A stretch of 64,000 nucleotides of DNA from Octopus sinensis. Lineage: Eukaryota. Below the pieces are notes generated by a model, which saw only the letters and a list, made by a program, of their open reading frames with translations, did not search any database and was not told the DNA's origin. Position 1 is the first letter of the stretch, and the number at the start of each line of letters is the position of its first letter. Of the stretch, positions 12,397 to 25,340 are shown one piece after another. The translations under genes were made by a program, and so were the position numbers. The stretch is taken from the NCBI RefSeq assembly GCF_006345805.1, contig NC_043001.1, positions 115,258,001 to 115,322,000 of the forward strand. Direction: 5' to 3'.

Positions 12397-13332
12397 ATTA
12401 ATTATTGACACAGCTACGCTAGAAAGATGGTCCCATGTACTGGAAAATGTGAAGAGCATGTGTGTGTATATGTGCGTATGTGTATTGTGTGTGTGTGTGT
12501 GTGTGAGTGTGTGTGAGTGTGCACCGTTGGCGACTAAACCAACAACCCCACCAAGCTTACTTGCTGAGAGAGTGTGATTTTTTGGACACTATGCGGGATG
12601 AGAAACAAAACTCGTGAAAGGTCCGAGGAACTCGGGAACATGCCTGTATTAACAGTATCCCTTGTTTATACACGTTCGTTTAATTTGCTTTTATTTTGTT
12701 TGCTAATTTGTTTATTTATATCTACTTATTATTTTTCTTTCTCTTTTTGTATTTGATTTAATTTAATTTATTTTGTTAATATGTATAGTTATTTAGTTCC
12801 ATTTATTTATCTGTGTATTGTATTATATTCATATTATTATCAGTTTATTGGGATCTTATTCTGTCTAAGGTTGTGGTGTGTTGGTGGTGTGTGCTAGTAT
12901 TCCATTCTAGTTTCCTATCCAGGCTTCGTTTATCTTCTATTATGTGTGTAGCCTCCGTACGTTGCGTTTGTTCAATGTGTGGATAAGATTTTAACTTTTA
13001 TGTTGTTGAGCGAGCTCCCGTATTCCTGCTCGGCATGTTAGTACAGAACCGATGAGCTATTCTCTTCCTTAAGCTCCCTCCAATGCTCATTTACCCGCTC
13101 TCCTATGCTCTGTGCTGTTTCCCCCACGTACGTCGTTGTCTTGTTACTGCACCTTAAGGGTTAGCCACATTTAGGTGGCAAATGTACCTCACGATGTCGT
13201 GCCGCTACGGTTTATATCTCGCTCAGAGATTTATTATTGCTTATATATATATATACATATATATATATTTACATATATACATACATATACATATATACAT
13301 ATACATACATATACATATATTCATATACAAAC

Positions 13333-13364
<32 letters not shown>

Positions 13365-13637
13365 CTACATATATATACCTATACATACATATAAATATAT
13401 ATATATATATATATATACATATACATACATATATATCCTATACATACATATAAATATATACATATACATACACATTATATATACACATACATATATACAC
13501 ATATTTATATACACACACATATATATACACATATAGAATACATATATTATATCCATAATATTAATATATATATAAATACGCGCACACACATACACACACA
13601 CACATATTTATATATATATATATATATATACTGCTAG

Positions 13638-13687
13638 CAAAAACTGTCTGATGAACGGCAACGAGAAACTCAGAGTAACAGATTTTG
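13638..13687 (+). ncRNA. Minimal type I hammerhead, copy 1
   Basis: CAAAAACTGT-CTGATGA-A-CG-GCAA-CG-A-GAAA-CTCAGAG-TA|ACAGATTTTG. Stem I 9 of 10 bp, GNRA-capped 2-bp stem II with an A10.1/A11.1 mismatch, near-palindromic ACTC-A-GAGT stem III, GUA site (cut after 13677). Confidence 0.75.
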
Positions 13688-13783
13688 TTGAATTTTCTGC
13701 TGCTTAAAATAAAGCATATTACTCTACCACTGGTATTTGAGTACCCCTTTTTCCACCTTGTTTCACATTTATGTGTTTACTCC

Positions 13784-13816
<33 letters not shown>

Positions 13817-13822
13817 TGCTAG

Positions 13823-13872
13823 CAAAAACTGTCTGATGAACGGCAACGAGAAACTCAGAGTAACAGATTTTG
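13823..13872 (+). ncRNA. Minimal type I hammerhead, copy 2
   Basis: Identical to copy 1, 185 nt downstream. Cut after 13862. Confidence 0.75.
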
Positions 13873-14003
13873 TTTAATTTTCTGCTGCTTAAAATAAAGC
13901 ATATTACTCTACCACTGCTATTTGAGTACTCCTTTTTCCACCTTGTTTCACATTTATGTGTTTACTCCGTATATATATATATATATAATTATATATAATA
14001 TTA

Positions 14004-14046
<43 letters not shown>

Positions 14047-14065
14047 CTATATACATATATATAAT

Positions 14066-14127
<62 letters not shown>

Positions 14128-15620
14128 GATATATATTATATATATATATATTTGTTGTGTGTTCTGGTTGTTGCTTTGTTTTTGTAGCAGCAAAACTCAT
14201 CCAGTTGATCGTAAGTTTTGCATAAGTAAACTCCCTTTAAAACAATTATTTTTGTTTCGTTTTATTATTGACTAAGGATGGAATTTGTTCAAACATTTTC
14301 TTCCATTTAACTGTTGTTTTTAAAACGAATTTAAGATGTCATCGCAAATGTATAATAGCATTAGCCACTGAAAAAAGCAATTTCTTATAGCTTCCTCTCA
14401 CTCTCCCCTTTGCGAACCCAGCGTGCAGCCATGGCAGTAGCAGCAGCGGCAACAACAGCATCATGAAAAGCATGAAGAACAAGAACAATCTGCCACACAA
14501 CGCTACCATAAAACGTTGCAGTGACTGCAGCATCAAGACCAACAACAGAACACCAGCAGCAGCAGCAACAACACACCTGACCAAAACAAACACCGCTTTC
14601 GCTAGATCAACGCAAATTTACGCATTCAATGCAGCGCCATAACTACTATAAAAAAATTGTTTATATTATATACAAATCAATGGACAAACTGCAAATTTTC
14701 TTTAAATTGCAACACTTGGGATTAGAAGATGTATGAAAGTTAATCAAAATAGAGACATAGAAATCTAGTTGTGTTAATGAGCAAAGTCGTAATTTGAAAT
14801 CTGTTCATAAAACTCTGGGAAACACATGAGATTTAATATACAGCAAATAATGAATGGCTGTGGTGTTTTAGAAACAGGTATGGCATTGTAAACAAGAAAA
14901 CCTCTTCTGATTTGTTTAATTATAGATATTTCCCGGGTTGAACTATATTAAGAATTTATAAGTGAATTTATTATAACAGAGGGCTTTTGATGAACTCGCC
15001 CCTTGTATCGTTTGTTTTTGTAAATACTTTGGACTACATACATGAATGGACCCCTCTTGGTAGCAAGTTAAATAAAGACCAAATGTTTGTCTGTATATGG
15101 ATAAAGTATATTGGTTTCATATATCTAAAGCATTATCTAAAGCCCCTGGTTGTAGGGAAATCGAAGACACCATACACGCAAAGATGTTATGGAACTGTCA
15201 TCTCTTATACACATGAGCTAAAAGATCGCATGGTTTATTTCATAGACTATTTCGACTGGTTTATCAACCAGTTTGTCCCTGATACACTTCAGGACAGTTA
15301 TAGCGGTGACATCTTGATGATTGTCACCGCTATTCTGAAGACATTTTTACTTCTTGATGATGCACGGCACATCCTAATGCAACGAAATTAATAAGGATGT
15401 TAGAAGCAAAAATCTCTTGTTATACCTTATCGCATCTTCGGTAATTCAGACAACAAATCAAGGAATAATTGTTGTCAGGTTAAGGCTGGTTAAGAAGATT
15501 TTTCTAAGACTATACGCATACATAAATATGTATATACACATACATACATGTACATAGACACATAATGAAGACATATATATACCTACATACATATATATAT
15601 AATATATATATATATATATA

Positions 15621-15651
<31 letters not shown>

Positions 15652-15892
15652 CATACATACACATATATAAATATATAAATATATATATATATATATATAC
15701 ATATATATACACATGCCTACATGCATTTACGCATAAATACATATAAATAGGCGCAGGAGTTGCTGTATGATAAGTAGATTGCTTACCTCACCACAGAAGA
15801 GTTCGCATTTTATATGCTGCATGGAAGTCACGTCTTTCGACGTGTAAAGTTGAACATTTGAAGCACGACCACAGGTAAGGCATTTATTTTTG

Positions 15893-16751
15893 GGGAGGCT
15901 TAGTGAAGTCTGATTGGGTCGGGTCAAAAGCAATTTTGACCTTATGGGTCCAATCAGCCGATGATGTGGTTCTACCAGAATTTTTAACATTGGTCGGTTC
16001 CAGGTACCCGGTGATAGCTGAGGGATGCCCCTCCCGAAGTGTCACCTGTGCATGGAATCGGGCACATAAAGAAGAACTGTCGCCAGGCAAAGGTCGTGGA
16101 ACAGCTAATTGATGAAGAACTCCCTGTTCCCCCAACAGAGCCTTCTGATTATCTGTTGGAGAAAGAGAGGGAGAAGGTCGAAGAGGAGTTATCCTCCTCG
16201 AAAAAATAAATAAAAAGAAAGAAGGTGGGCAACAATAGTTGCCCACCGATGGATCCCGAGGAGGCGGGAGGGAAGGAGGGATCTACATACAAGCCGGAGG
16301 AACCTCACCCTCCCACCGTGAAAAAGAGAAAAAAAAAGAAAAACGGTGCCTCGCCGGCGGCGGCATGCCCCGAAACCCCTTTGGTGGCAGGTGTGCCATC
16401 GGAGAGAGAGAAGAAGGAAACCTCGTCGTTGGAATGTGTGCCACAGAGCGAGGGAGTTGAGGCGCCTCTCAGTGAAAGTGGTGAAGAATATATATGTTCT
16501 TATACCTCTGGGGAGGGGCTATTGACAACTTCATAGAAACGGAATTGCATAGGCGGGTTCTGATTGACTCGACTTTTATTCACAGCCCAGAGTGGCCTCC
16601 GCAGGAGGCCGCTCTGGTACTGGAAAAAAAGTACTGTAATTTTATTATTAACTCATTTAAAAATGATAAATATGGAATGCGTTTTTGGTCCCCGGATTGC
16701 GGTTGTATAAAAGCCTACAGATCGCAAGAGACCTGCTTCGCAAAGGGTTGA
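15893..16751 (+). pseudogene. Decayed non-LTR retrotransposon ORF1 (L1/Tx1-like gag) with CX2CX4HX4C zinc knuckle
   Basis: Joining three frames gives RYPVIAEG..PKCHLCMES(G)HIKKNCRQAKVVEQ (knuckle at 16040-16080), then a K/E/P-rich linker ending at TGA 16749-16751. The stretch is GC-rich relative to its flanks. Confidence 0.7.
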
Positions 16752-17035
16752 GGTTAAATGCCTCAAATTTGAATATAAATTGTATATTGTATTTTATGAA
16801 CTTTTTAAGTCCAAATATTATATTTTAAAAATTACAAGAGGGTTAAGACCTCAGTTTATGTGTTTTGTAAAGAACAATGTTATAGGGAAGCAGAGGGTCG
16901 GCGGGTGCTTTCTGGCTTCTCCAATCTTTTTCATTAGTGTATCATTATCATTCATCTCATTAATGCTTGTGTCCAGCCCGCAAAGCTACATTATCTGTGT
17001 TCTGTTTTTTGGCAATCTAAGAAATAAAGTAGAAT

Positions 17036-17432
17036 ACTTACGAAACACATGGCTCCGGGTTCAGTCTCTCTGCATGGCACCTTCGGCAAGTGTCTTCTAC
17101 TAAAGCCTCAAGCCGACTAAATCTTTGTGAGTGGATTTGGTTGCCGGAAACCGAAAGACGCCCGTTGTATATATATGTGTGTGTGTGTGTGTGTGTGATT
17201 GTGTGTGTGTGTGTGTGTGCGTGCATGCGTTTGTGTGTCTGTGTTTGTCCCCCCCAACATCTTTTGAGAACCGATGGTAGTTGTGCTGACGTCCCCGTAA
17301 GCTAGTGGTTCGGCAAAAGAGGCTTTTTGTACTAAGCTTACAAAAAATAATTCCTGGGGTCGATTTGCTCGACTAAAGGCGGTGCTCCTGCATGGCCATA
17401 GTCAAATGACTAAAGCAAATAAAAGAATAAAA
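17036..17432 (+). mobile_element. SINE family A (head clipped)
   Basis: CACATGGCTCCGGGTTCAGTC...GGCGGTGCTCCTGCATGGCCATAGTCAAATGAC and TAAAAGAA tail. Confidence 0.9.
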
Positions 17433-17437
17433 GAATA

Positions 17438-17477
<40 letters not shown>

Positions 17478-17769
17478 CCTGCTCGAAAGTGTTGGTCAAA
17501 ATAATATATGCAGTTTCGTTTAGAAGACATTTGTGGAAAGAGCTGCTCGATGGGATGGAAAATGAAACCACGTCTTTGCTACGCTACCTTCATAAACCTA
17601 AACACAAGCCTCCACTACACATACCCCAACTTCTTAAAAACATGAGTACTTGTACAAAAACATTTCATAACTGGAGAATAATTGTGAGAAGGGGAGCTTA
17701 CCCACAACCACCAGTTTGATATTGACCTCTATACAACATACACTGCATAATCACTGCCTTATTTCCTCT

Positions 17770-18285
17770 TTCTTTATTTATATCCTGTTCATGCAAGGAT
17801 AAAAATTTGTGCCCGCTAAATGGAGCTTGCATGTCCGAGACCATCATGAAGCCACCGTAGACTCTATATCCACTAAGGACACGGTTTCGACGAAGAAATA
17901 CGTGGGCCTTACAGAGGGTAATTTCAAGCCCAGGTCCAATATTCACACCTCGAGCTTCAGGCACTGGGATAAAAGGAAAACGACCAAATTATCCAATCAT
18001 ATATGGTCCTTAAAAGATAAAGGTGTCAGTTACAACATCTATAGGAAGATCTTAGCCAAGTGTAAGCCCTACACCAACGGCAGTGGAAAGTGCGGTCTTT
18101 GTGATATGGAAAGATGGCTCATCTGGAAAAACAGCTTAGACCCCGCTACATGTCTGAATTCAAGAACTGAACTTTTCGGATCATGCCCATATGTGGCTAA
18201 ATATTTGTTACGCGAATACTATGAGCATTTCTACTCCCTTACCTTTACTCCCTTAGCGGTCATTCTAATAGCTCTTTTGTCTTAA
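17770..18285 (+). pseudogene. Penelope-like element, C-terminal GIY-YIG endonuclease fragment
   Basis: SCSCKDKNLCPLNGACMSETI, frameshift, then EATV...KKYVGLTEGNFKPRSNIHTSSFRH...TKLSNHIWSLKDK...CGLCDME...LNSRTEL, a typical PLE GIY-YIG pattern. Confidence 0.85.
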
Positions 18286-18353
18286 CAACGGTCAATCACA
18301 CAGTAATTTCCCTTTGTTGAACGGTCATTTTCATAGCATTTTTTCGATGGCCG

Positions 18354-18414
18354 GATAACTGAAGAGATGGCGGCGTGGGTTTCCGGTCCGACATCCGAAA
18401 CTCGGAGATTTATC
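18354..18414 (+). ncRNA. Hammerhead motif in the PLE 3' pseudo-LTR, probably inactivated
   Basis: GATAA-CTGAAGA-GATG...CATC-C-GAAA-CTCGGAG-AT|TTATC. Stem I 5 bp, stem II 4 bp, but U16.1 is replaced by A. Lies about 70 nt after the endonuclease stop codon. Confidence 0.7.
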
Positions 18415-19012
18415 ATGGCTACTGAAAGAATTGTCACATATTATATTTACAGATAAATTCCTCTATTTACATAATATCGAGGTCTCTTTCATTTTTTTGT
18501 TGCCTTGCCATTTCTATCATATATATATATATATATATATATATAAACACACACAGACACACACACACCTAGATACCTACACACATTTGTACACAAATAG
18601 ATATATACCTATCCACATCCACCGACAAAAATTTCGCATATTCCTATATACTTACACAGGCGCTCGTACGCGCACTCACAAACCATTACATACACACACA
18701 GACACAGGTATATAATCGATATGCTTTGACAATGAAACGGAACTGAACCCCGACGTCAGTAGTTAATGGATGTTGACCAACAGAATGTCAATTGAAATAA
18801 TTTAGACATCTTATTGAACTGTAGCCCCTAACACACCGGCTTAGCTCTATGGCTGCGTTTTAAAAGCATCTTCCTTCAGGTGGTCTTCGAACATGACTAT
18901 AAGTAATCCCATCACTCTGAATGAAGAGCCGATTAAATGTGATGTAAGCCTTAGAGATTTGCTTTATGCACATACATACACACGTATACATACATACATA
19001 TATATACACAAC

Positions 19013-19049
<37 letters not shown>

Positions 19050-19355
19050 ATATATATATGTGTGTGTATATATATATATATATATATAATATATATATAT
19101 ATATTATATATATATTATATAATATATATATATATTATATATATATATTTGTATGTGTGTGTGTGTGTGTGTGGTGTGCGAATTTGCAGGTGTAGATGGA
19201 GAACAGGTGATACAACTGGGGACGAACTAATGTTGAATGGTGTGTAGTATGTGCGGGGAAGGAATGGACTGATCCCGCTAGCTGCTGATTATCTGATGCT
19301 ATTTGTCGATGCTGTTAAAGTATATTACCACACACACACGTGTATATATATACAT

Positions 19356-19387
<32 letters not shown>

Positions 19388-19393
19388 CACAGA

Positions 19394-19426
<33 letters not shown>

Positions 19427-19495
19427 ATATATACACATAAAGAGATACAGAAAGATAGAATGAGAGGGAGAGAAACGTGTATATATCTGTGTGTG

Positions 19496-19540
<45 letters not shown>

Positions 19541-20304
19541 AAATTATTCACTTGCCTTTAACAGAATAAAAGCAGGACGGCATTGTAAGGAACATTTATC
19601 TATAAAGGAGGTGGGGCCTTAATTGAATATTTGATGCATGGGTTTTAATGGTTCCGAACTCTGATGTCTGATTTCCTGCTATTCTAGAAAACGAAAGTAA
19701 AAAAAACAAGAACAAAAACAAAATTGAAAAACCAAAAGCAGAAAAGGAATTGTATACCGAAAAATAAAAAAAGTAAAAAGTAAAAATTAGTAAAAAAAAT
19801 CTAAGATAAGATAAAACGAAAAAAAAAAGCCACGACCATTATATCCTTTGCCGTGTTTATTATACTTTTGCAGTTAAGAGTTATCGATCGTTTGTTGGAA
19901 ATAACAAAACAAAAAACAACAATAAAACCATTTAAAACATTAAATATACAAACAAAATATATAACATAACAAAACGGGTTCAAACTGTATTAGTGGTTTG
20001 GCATTATAAAATCTTTATAAAACTATAAGTGAAAAACAAGCTAGTATGTTATTGCTAGATGCGATAATTACTTAGGCGGTTAGTGAAGCAAAGAACGTTA
20101 TTCCCCGGCCCCCGTCAGCTTAGACTACAAAAGATGAAGCTCAGACCTGGTTTCAAGTTTGACTGAAACCAATTCACTTCACTTATGACTTGATAATGGT
20201 TTTAGAGAAAAAAGACAAATAATGTTGACGACCACATAATCGCATTGTTTTTTCTTTTAGATTTTGTTTTTGTTTTCCTCTTTTAAACTCAATCCTAACA
20301 GCGA

Positions 20305-20459
20305 AAGCGTGGCTGTGTGGTAAGAAGTTAGCTTCTCAAACACATGGTTCCGAGTTCAGTCTCCCGGCGTGACACCATGGGCAAGTGATTCTCCGGCACG
20401 ACTAAAGCCTTGTGGGCGGATTTGGTAGATGGAAACTGAAAGAAACCCGTCGTATATAA

Positions 20460-20475
<16 letters not shown>
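20305..20475 (+). mobile_element. SINE family A, 5' half
   Basis: GCGTGGCTGTGTGGTAAGAAG...GGTTCCGAGTTCAGTC...GGAAACTGAAAGAAACCCGTCG. Confidence 0.88.
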
Positions 20476-20496
<21 letters not shown>

Positions 20497-21239
20497 GAGG
20501 GGGTCTCTAATAAACCAGCCTCTGAGTCCTAGGGTTAGGGTTACGGAAAAAGTGAAATATAAAAAACTGGAGTGGGAGGAGTAAGGGACGGGGGGTGACA
20601 TCAAATTTCAAAATTACGATTTCTGGCAATTTTCCGGTATCTCCGTATCCGAAAAGCTGGTTTTTTGGCAAAAAGAAATTTTTTAAAAAACAATAATGTG
20701 CGAGAAAATGGTGGGGGAGGAGGAAGTCTTTCCGAAAATAATAGCTGAAAAACAGGAAAAAAAAACTAAAAGCAGTAGAAATGCACGAACGATTATAGTG
20801 GTGTCATGAAGCAAACGTGCTTAGATACACCCGTTTATTCATACAAACGTAACGGAGGTGAAATGTGTCATAAATAACAGTGACAAACGAAATATACACC
20901 ACCAGAAGTTGTTGTCGACAAACAACTGCAGTAATTTTATTCAGCTGAATACACATCATTGATTGGTTGAAATTACCGAAATACGACAACTTTTAACACG
21001 AAATAACTTCGTAAATAGAAACTTTTCTCAACCACGCACAGAGTAAAATATGTTCTATATGACACATTCTACCAGTATCCGAAGTTTCAAAGTGTTTAGT
21101 TACAGAAAATGAATTAATCGAGCTGCTCATGAAAAGGAAAAGGTCCGATGTTCGCATATATACGTACAACCAAACATGGTGGCATACCCTCTAGTGAGAT
21201 ACACTATTTTAAGGACGTTTTCATCAAAGAGATTTCCTT

Positions 21240-22110
21240 AAACTGCAATAAGTATTCTTTAAAGTTTTACCATATAAATCCATCACTATGAAGTTCAAAT
21301 ATTTCCATTAACACTTCTTTCCCTGTTATTTTTTCAATATCGAAAATATATGAATTTCTAAAATCACTTCTTCCTTTCAATTCTATCCAGACACTTCGAG
21401 ATTGACTAATGTGAGGAAATGGAAAGTGTTGCCTGTTCTGAGTTGATTCTCCCAAATTTGAGGTTTTGTTTAAAAAATTTGGACATCTCATGAATCGACT
21501 GATTTTCTTTTCTTTTTTCTTTTTTTTTTTTGCAATTTTAAATTGAAATCATACAAATATGGAATGACACCTCTGAGAAATGCAAGGTCACAAAACCAGT
21601 TATCACCCTTTAGCTCGAGGGCAAATTTACACTGCACGATAAGCTAATCTTACCAAACATATTTAACTTTTCCCAGCATAAAAGTCCACCCACTGTCAAA
21701 TTACATACTTTTATAAATTCGTTGCTATCGTAATTTTTTTTATATGTTTAGCAACTTGTTCGCTAGCAACATAGCGTGTATTTCCAATTTCTTTAAGCTT
21801 TATCTGCCTCTTAGAAAAGAGCGTATTGAAGCTGCCGATCGGTTTTTTTAAGAGCTTCGACTTTTTGCTTTCTGATATCTCCTTTAAATTTATCGTACCC
21901 CGAATGTTTTGAAGCGTAATGCCGCTTAATATTTAATTATTTAAAGGAGGAGATGGATTCATATATTAAATACATTGATCTGTTTTTCACTTCAACGAAA
22001 AAGTAATAATTTGTCCACTTTCCCGGGAATTTTCTCATTTCTTCTGAAATCTTCCCGTTTTTGGACGAAGCCATGAGCTGTGACAACAAAACCTTAAATT
22101 GAAAAAAAAT
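21240..22110 (-). pseudogene. hAT (Buster/SPIN, GTF2IRD2-like) transposase remnant
   Basis: MASSKNGKISEEMRKFPGKWTNYYFFVEVKN...NIKRHYASKH...YDKFKGDIRKQKVEALKK is a decayed BED-finger N-terminus with several frameshifts. Confidence 0.7.
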
Positions 22111-22771
22111 AAATATTGATTTAATGTTCAATTTCTGCTTCCACTGCTTATGAAGATTTGCTGCGATGTTTCAGCGAATGTAACTGCACGTGCGTATCGC
22201 GTAACGTAGCTTTGAACATTTACACTTTGAAAGTAAAGTTTTGTCAATCCTGCCTGTCAAAGATCCTCAAGATTGATGTACAGGCAGTTAGTTAGATATA
22301 CAAAACACTTGAATTTTCTTTTACAGATGTAAATGTGTAAGTGTCACTTATATTAAATCGCATATATACGTGAAGCAGTAACGTATGGACATCAACCTCT
22401 TACTTCCACGTTAACAAAATATTGCTCGCACAGTGTTTAACAATGTGTATGTGTTCAAATCTGGTAATGCACACGAATGTCATTCTAATCATTCTTGGAG
22501 AGTGACTCTGTCAGTCTTGTAGAGAAGCTGAATTTGCTCTAGACCTTGTAAATCATCAGAGTCTAAAGAATAACCTCAGAGGTTATTCATAGAAAATGGG
22601 TGCATGACAATGGAATAGATTAATTATTTCATTGAATAGCTCAAAAATAAATAATAAGAGGCTATCGTCTGAAAAGATGGAGCAATCGTAATGTTATGTA
22701 ATATATAAAGAAATTTAATCCTTATAGATTCAAAATGTGAATGAACATAAAATAATAATAATAATAATAAT

Positions 22772-22775
22772 CAGC

Positions 22776-22813
<38 letters not shown>

Positions 22814-22838
22814 CAGTAGCAGTAGTAGTAGCAGTAGC

Positions 22839-22881
<43 letters not shown>
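22772..22881. repeat. (TAG/CAG)n trinucleotide repeat
   Basis: Direct reading. Confidence 0.97.
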
Positions 22882-22882
<1 letters not shown>

Positions 22883-23572
22883 GAGTTCGTAAGAAAGTGT
22901 TCCAAAGGATCACAAAATATTTTAGCTAGACTAAAATTCATTGGATCAAAACTTGAACTAGAAAACTTAATCATGGAGCAAACTTCCTCATTCAACCACA
23001 AATACATTGCTTGACGGAACTTAAATGTCGAACGTAAAACATTACATTATGTCAGAAATCATTTTGTCTATTTCTTTATCGATTCTATAACTGTCCTTCT
23101 TGTATTAAATTCTAGCATTGGCAAAAGGTCACACACTTACAGGACCGGGCGGTCAACAATTGAATCTATTCCTGTAATTCCTTCTTCTACCCAATGTCTC
23201 AAAATAGAACTTAAGTAACTTCAGACAATGATTCTCCATATTTATTCCATCCTCAATCGTACTCTCTAATTGCTTCCAGGTTTATCTCCAGCCTTAAAAA
23301 TCCTACACCAAGTTAACTGCCGAACATATCCTTCTCTGGTTTGCTTCAAGATGCCATATAAGGATCTGCATTTGTAAAACTCGTAACTGGTTTTGTGTAG
23401 AGTGTGCCTAATCCATCCCTTTCTTTTGTCCAGAAGGTAGCTGACAGGTTGCTAGACACAAATTCATTTTATAGATTCTGCCAATCTATCGCCCTCCACA
23501 CTGTCCTTCTGATATAAAGGATTTCTTACATTATGACAAAATTACAGATAACGGGGTACTGAGTGTTGAATC

Positions 23573-23987
23573 GGCGGCAAGCTGGCAAAATCGTTAGCAC
23601 GCCGGGCGAAATGCTTTGCGGTATTTCGTCTACCGTTACGTTCTGAGTTCAAATTCCGCCCAGGTCCACTTTGCTTTTCATCCTTTCGGGGTCGATTAAA
23701 TAAGTACTAGTTATGCACTGGGGTCGATATAATCGACTTAATCCGTGTCTCTGTCCTTGTTTGTCCTCTCTGTGTTTAGCCCCTTGTGGGTAGTAAAGAA
23801 ATAAGTATTTCGTCTGCCGCTACGTTCTGAGTTCAAATTCCGCCGAGGTCGACTTTGTCTTTCATCCTTCTGGGGTCAATAAATTAAGTACCAGTTACGC
23901 ATTGGGGTCGATGTGATCGACTTAATCCGTTTGTCTGTCCTTGTTTGTCTCTTCTGTGCTTAGCCCTTTGTGGGTAGTAAAGAAATA
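23573..23987 (+). mobile_element. SINE family B (young) dimer: one head plus two 184-bp bodies
   Basis: The body starting GGTATTTCG at 23620 is repeated from 23804 (AGTATTTCG), directly after the AAAGAAATA tail. Confidence 0.9.
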
Positions 23988-24879
23988 ATTATATAACTGG
24001 TACGTATTATATGTTATTGTTGCTTTTGTTGTGTAATTAGTTATGATGCTGCTGCAAATGTCTCTGTTGCTGCTTCTGTTATTGCTACAGTTACAGCTGC
24101 TGTTCATATTGTTGTTACCGATGTTCTTCATTCCGTTATGTCGCTGCTGTTGATTGTTCATGATGATAGTAATGATGATGATATTGATGCTATTGGAATT
24201 GTGTCACTTAAATTTCTTAGGTATTTTCCGCAAACAGTGGCCCTGTTGAAACGCACCGAAGTAGATTCTTTTGCAAATTTGTAGGAAGTTTTGGGTTCGT
24301 TTTTATATTTTCGACTACCTAAGTTTCTCCTTCTTTCTTTTACTTTCCGTGGGAAGGTCCGAGCTTATTCTCAGTCTATAAAAGTGCTTTATTAGTTTGT
24401 GATTTCTCGCTGTCATTAAGGTGTTTCAAATTTTTAACTTAGTCTGATGAGGATACATCTGTATGTGTATATTAGCTCTTGTTTCTGGTACAAATTTAAT
24501 GCTTACTAGACTTACTATCCAGCGTTGCCCGGTAAAACATTCACGGAACTGTTTGTCAATTTGTAGAATGGGAATTCATGGTACTTATACATGTGTATAT
24601 ATTTAGCCTAACTTCTGGACTTATTTAATTTGAACTGTACTATGTGTGTGTATATGTCACAGATAGCGTGCGTGTGTTTGTGTTGTTTCACAACCATGAC
24701 ATTCATTATATATGTGTGTTGACGTCACGGAAGCCATATTTTCTTTCGTCAAGAAATAACAAACAAAAATTGGTTTTAATCGTTTCCATACTGCACGGCA
24801 TAAAGTGAGTTTGAAAATATATAGGTAAAAAAATTAAAATAGAATATACTATTTCTGAGATATTTCGGGAACAAACATC

Positions 24880-25340
24880 ATCTAGAGTTTTAGTATTATT
24901 AAGATGGCTTGCATTATTGACATAATTTTTCTGAATGTCATGTCAATGCCTTGCATGGAAAGACTTTTGGACCAATTTTCTTATGGAATCTCTTTTCGAA
25001 CCAATTTTCTGTCAGCTTTGAAGAAGTTCAGACTGAATTGGGTTTGAGTGCTTTTTGCGTGCTATACATCGACTTGCTTTGGACCATACGTTGTTACTTC
25101 TCTTATGTTATGGCCTGAGAAAATCGTTGGCTTCACCTTCCTATTGTGGACGAATTCTATGTTATTAGTGAAGCAGAGTTCCAATATGTCATTACACCTG
25201 ATCGGGAACAGTATTATTTTTTCAATGAACATCATTTTAGTGAGGTCCAGTGGAAATTTTTTGCCAGATTCTGTTCTTTGCGTAACATTCCTCAGATTAC
25301 GTTGCCTTTGGGTCTCCTGATGTTGGAGAACTTAAAGTCG
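24880..25340 (-). pseudogene. CR1/L2-type LINE ORF2 fragment (end of APE endonuclease plus linker)
   Basis: Minus frame reads FPIRCNDILELCFTNNIEFVHNRKVKPTIFSGHNIREV...SLNFFKADRKLVRKEIP*ENWSKSL, matching the R.NNILDL.FTN and SDH motifs. Confidence 0.78.

Larger units (their letters stand above)
13631..13969 (+). mobile_element. Tandem dimer of a ~155-bp HHR-bearing unit separated by (TA)n (PLE pseudo-LTR or retrozyme-like)
   Basis: Units start at 13631 and 13816 (period 185) and differ at about 4 positions. (TA)n on both flanks. A third, decayed copy lies at 42414-42495. Confidence 0.85.

Noticed and set aside
12560-13240. Possible PLE 3' end plus pseudo-LTR (..MRNKTRERSEELGNMPVL; CTCACGA motif)
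   Set aside because: Resemblance only. No diagnostic motif or foldable HHR could be demonstrated.
14987-15420. 134-aa ORF and a TTGATGA...GAAA motif near 15350-15410
   Set aside because: No recognisable domain. Stem III cannot be formed, and an alternative hairpin (ACATCCT/AGGATGT) explains the pairing.
20529-20543. Telomere-like CTAGGGTTAGGGTTA
   Set aside because: Only ~2.5 units inside an unclassified repeat, too short to call an interstitial telomere.
23040-23560. Possible decayed hAT (ZMYM-like) or LINE coding remnant on the minus strand
   Set aside because: Too many stops and frameshifts to support any assignment by eye.
24440-24480. Isolated CTGATGA motifs here and at 26674, 44343, 54174 and 54848
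   Set aside because: No correctly placed stem II, GAAA and NUH. They are expected by chance.
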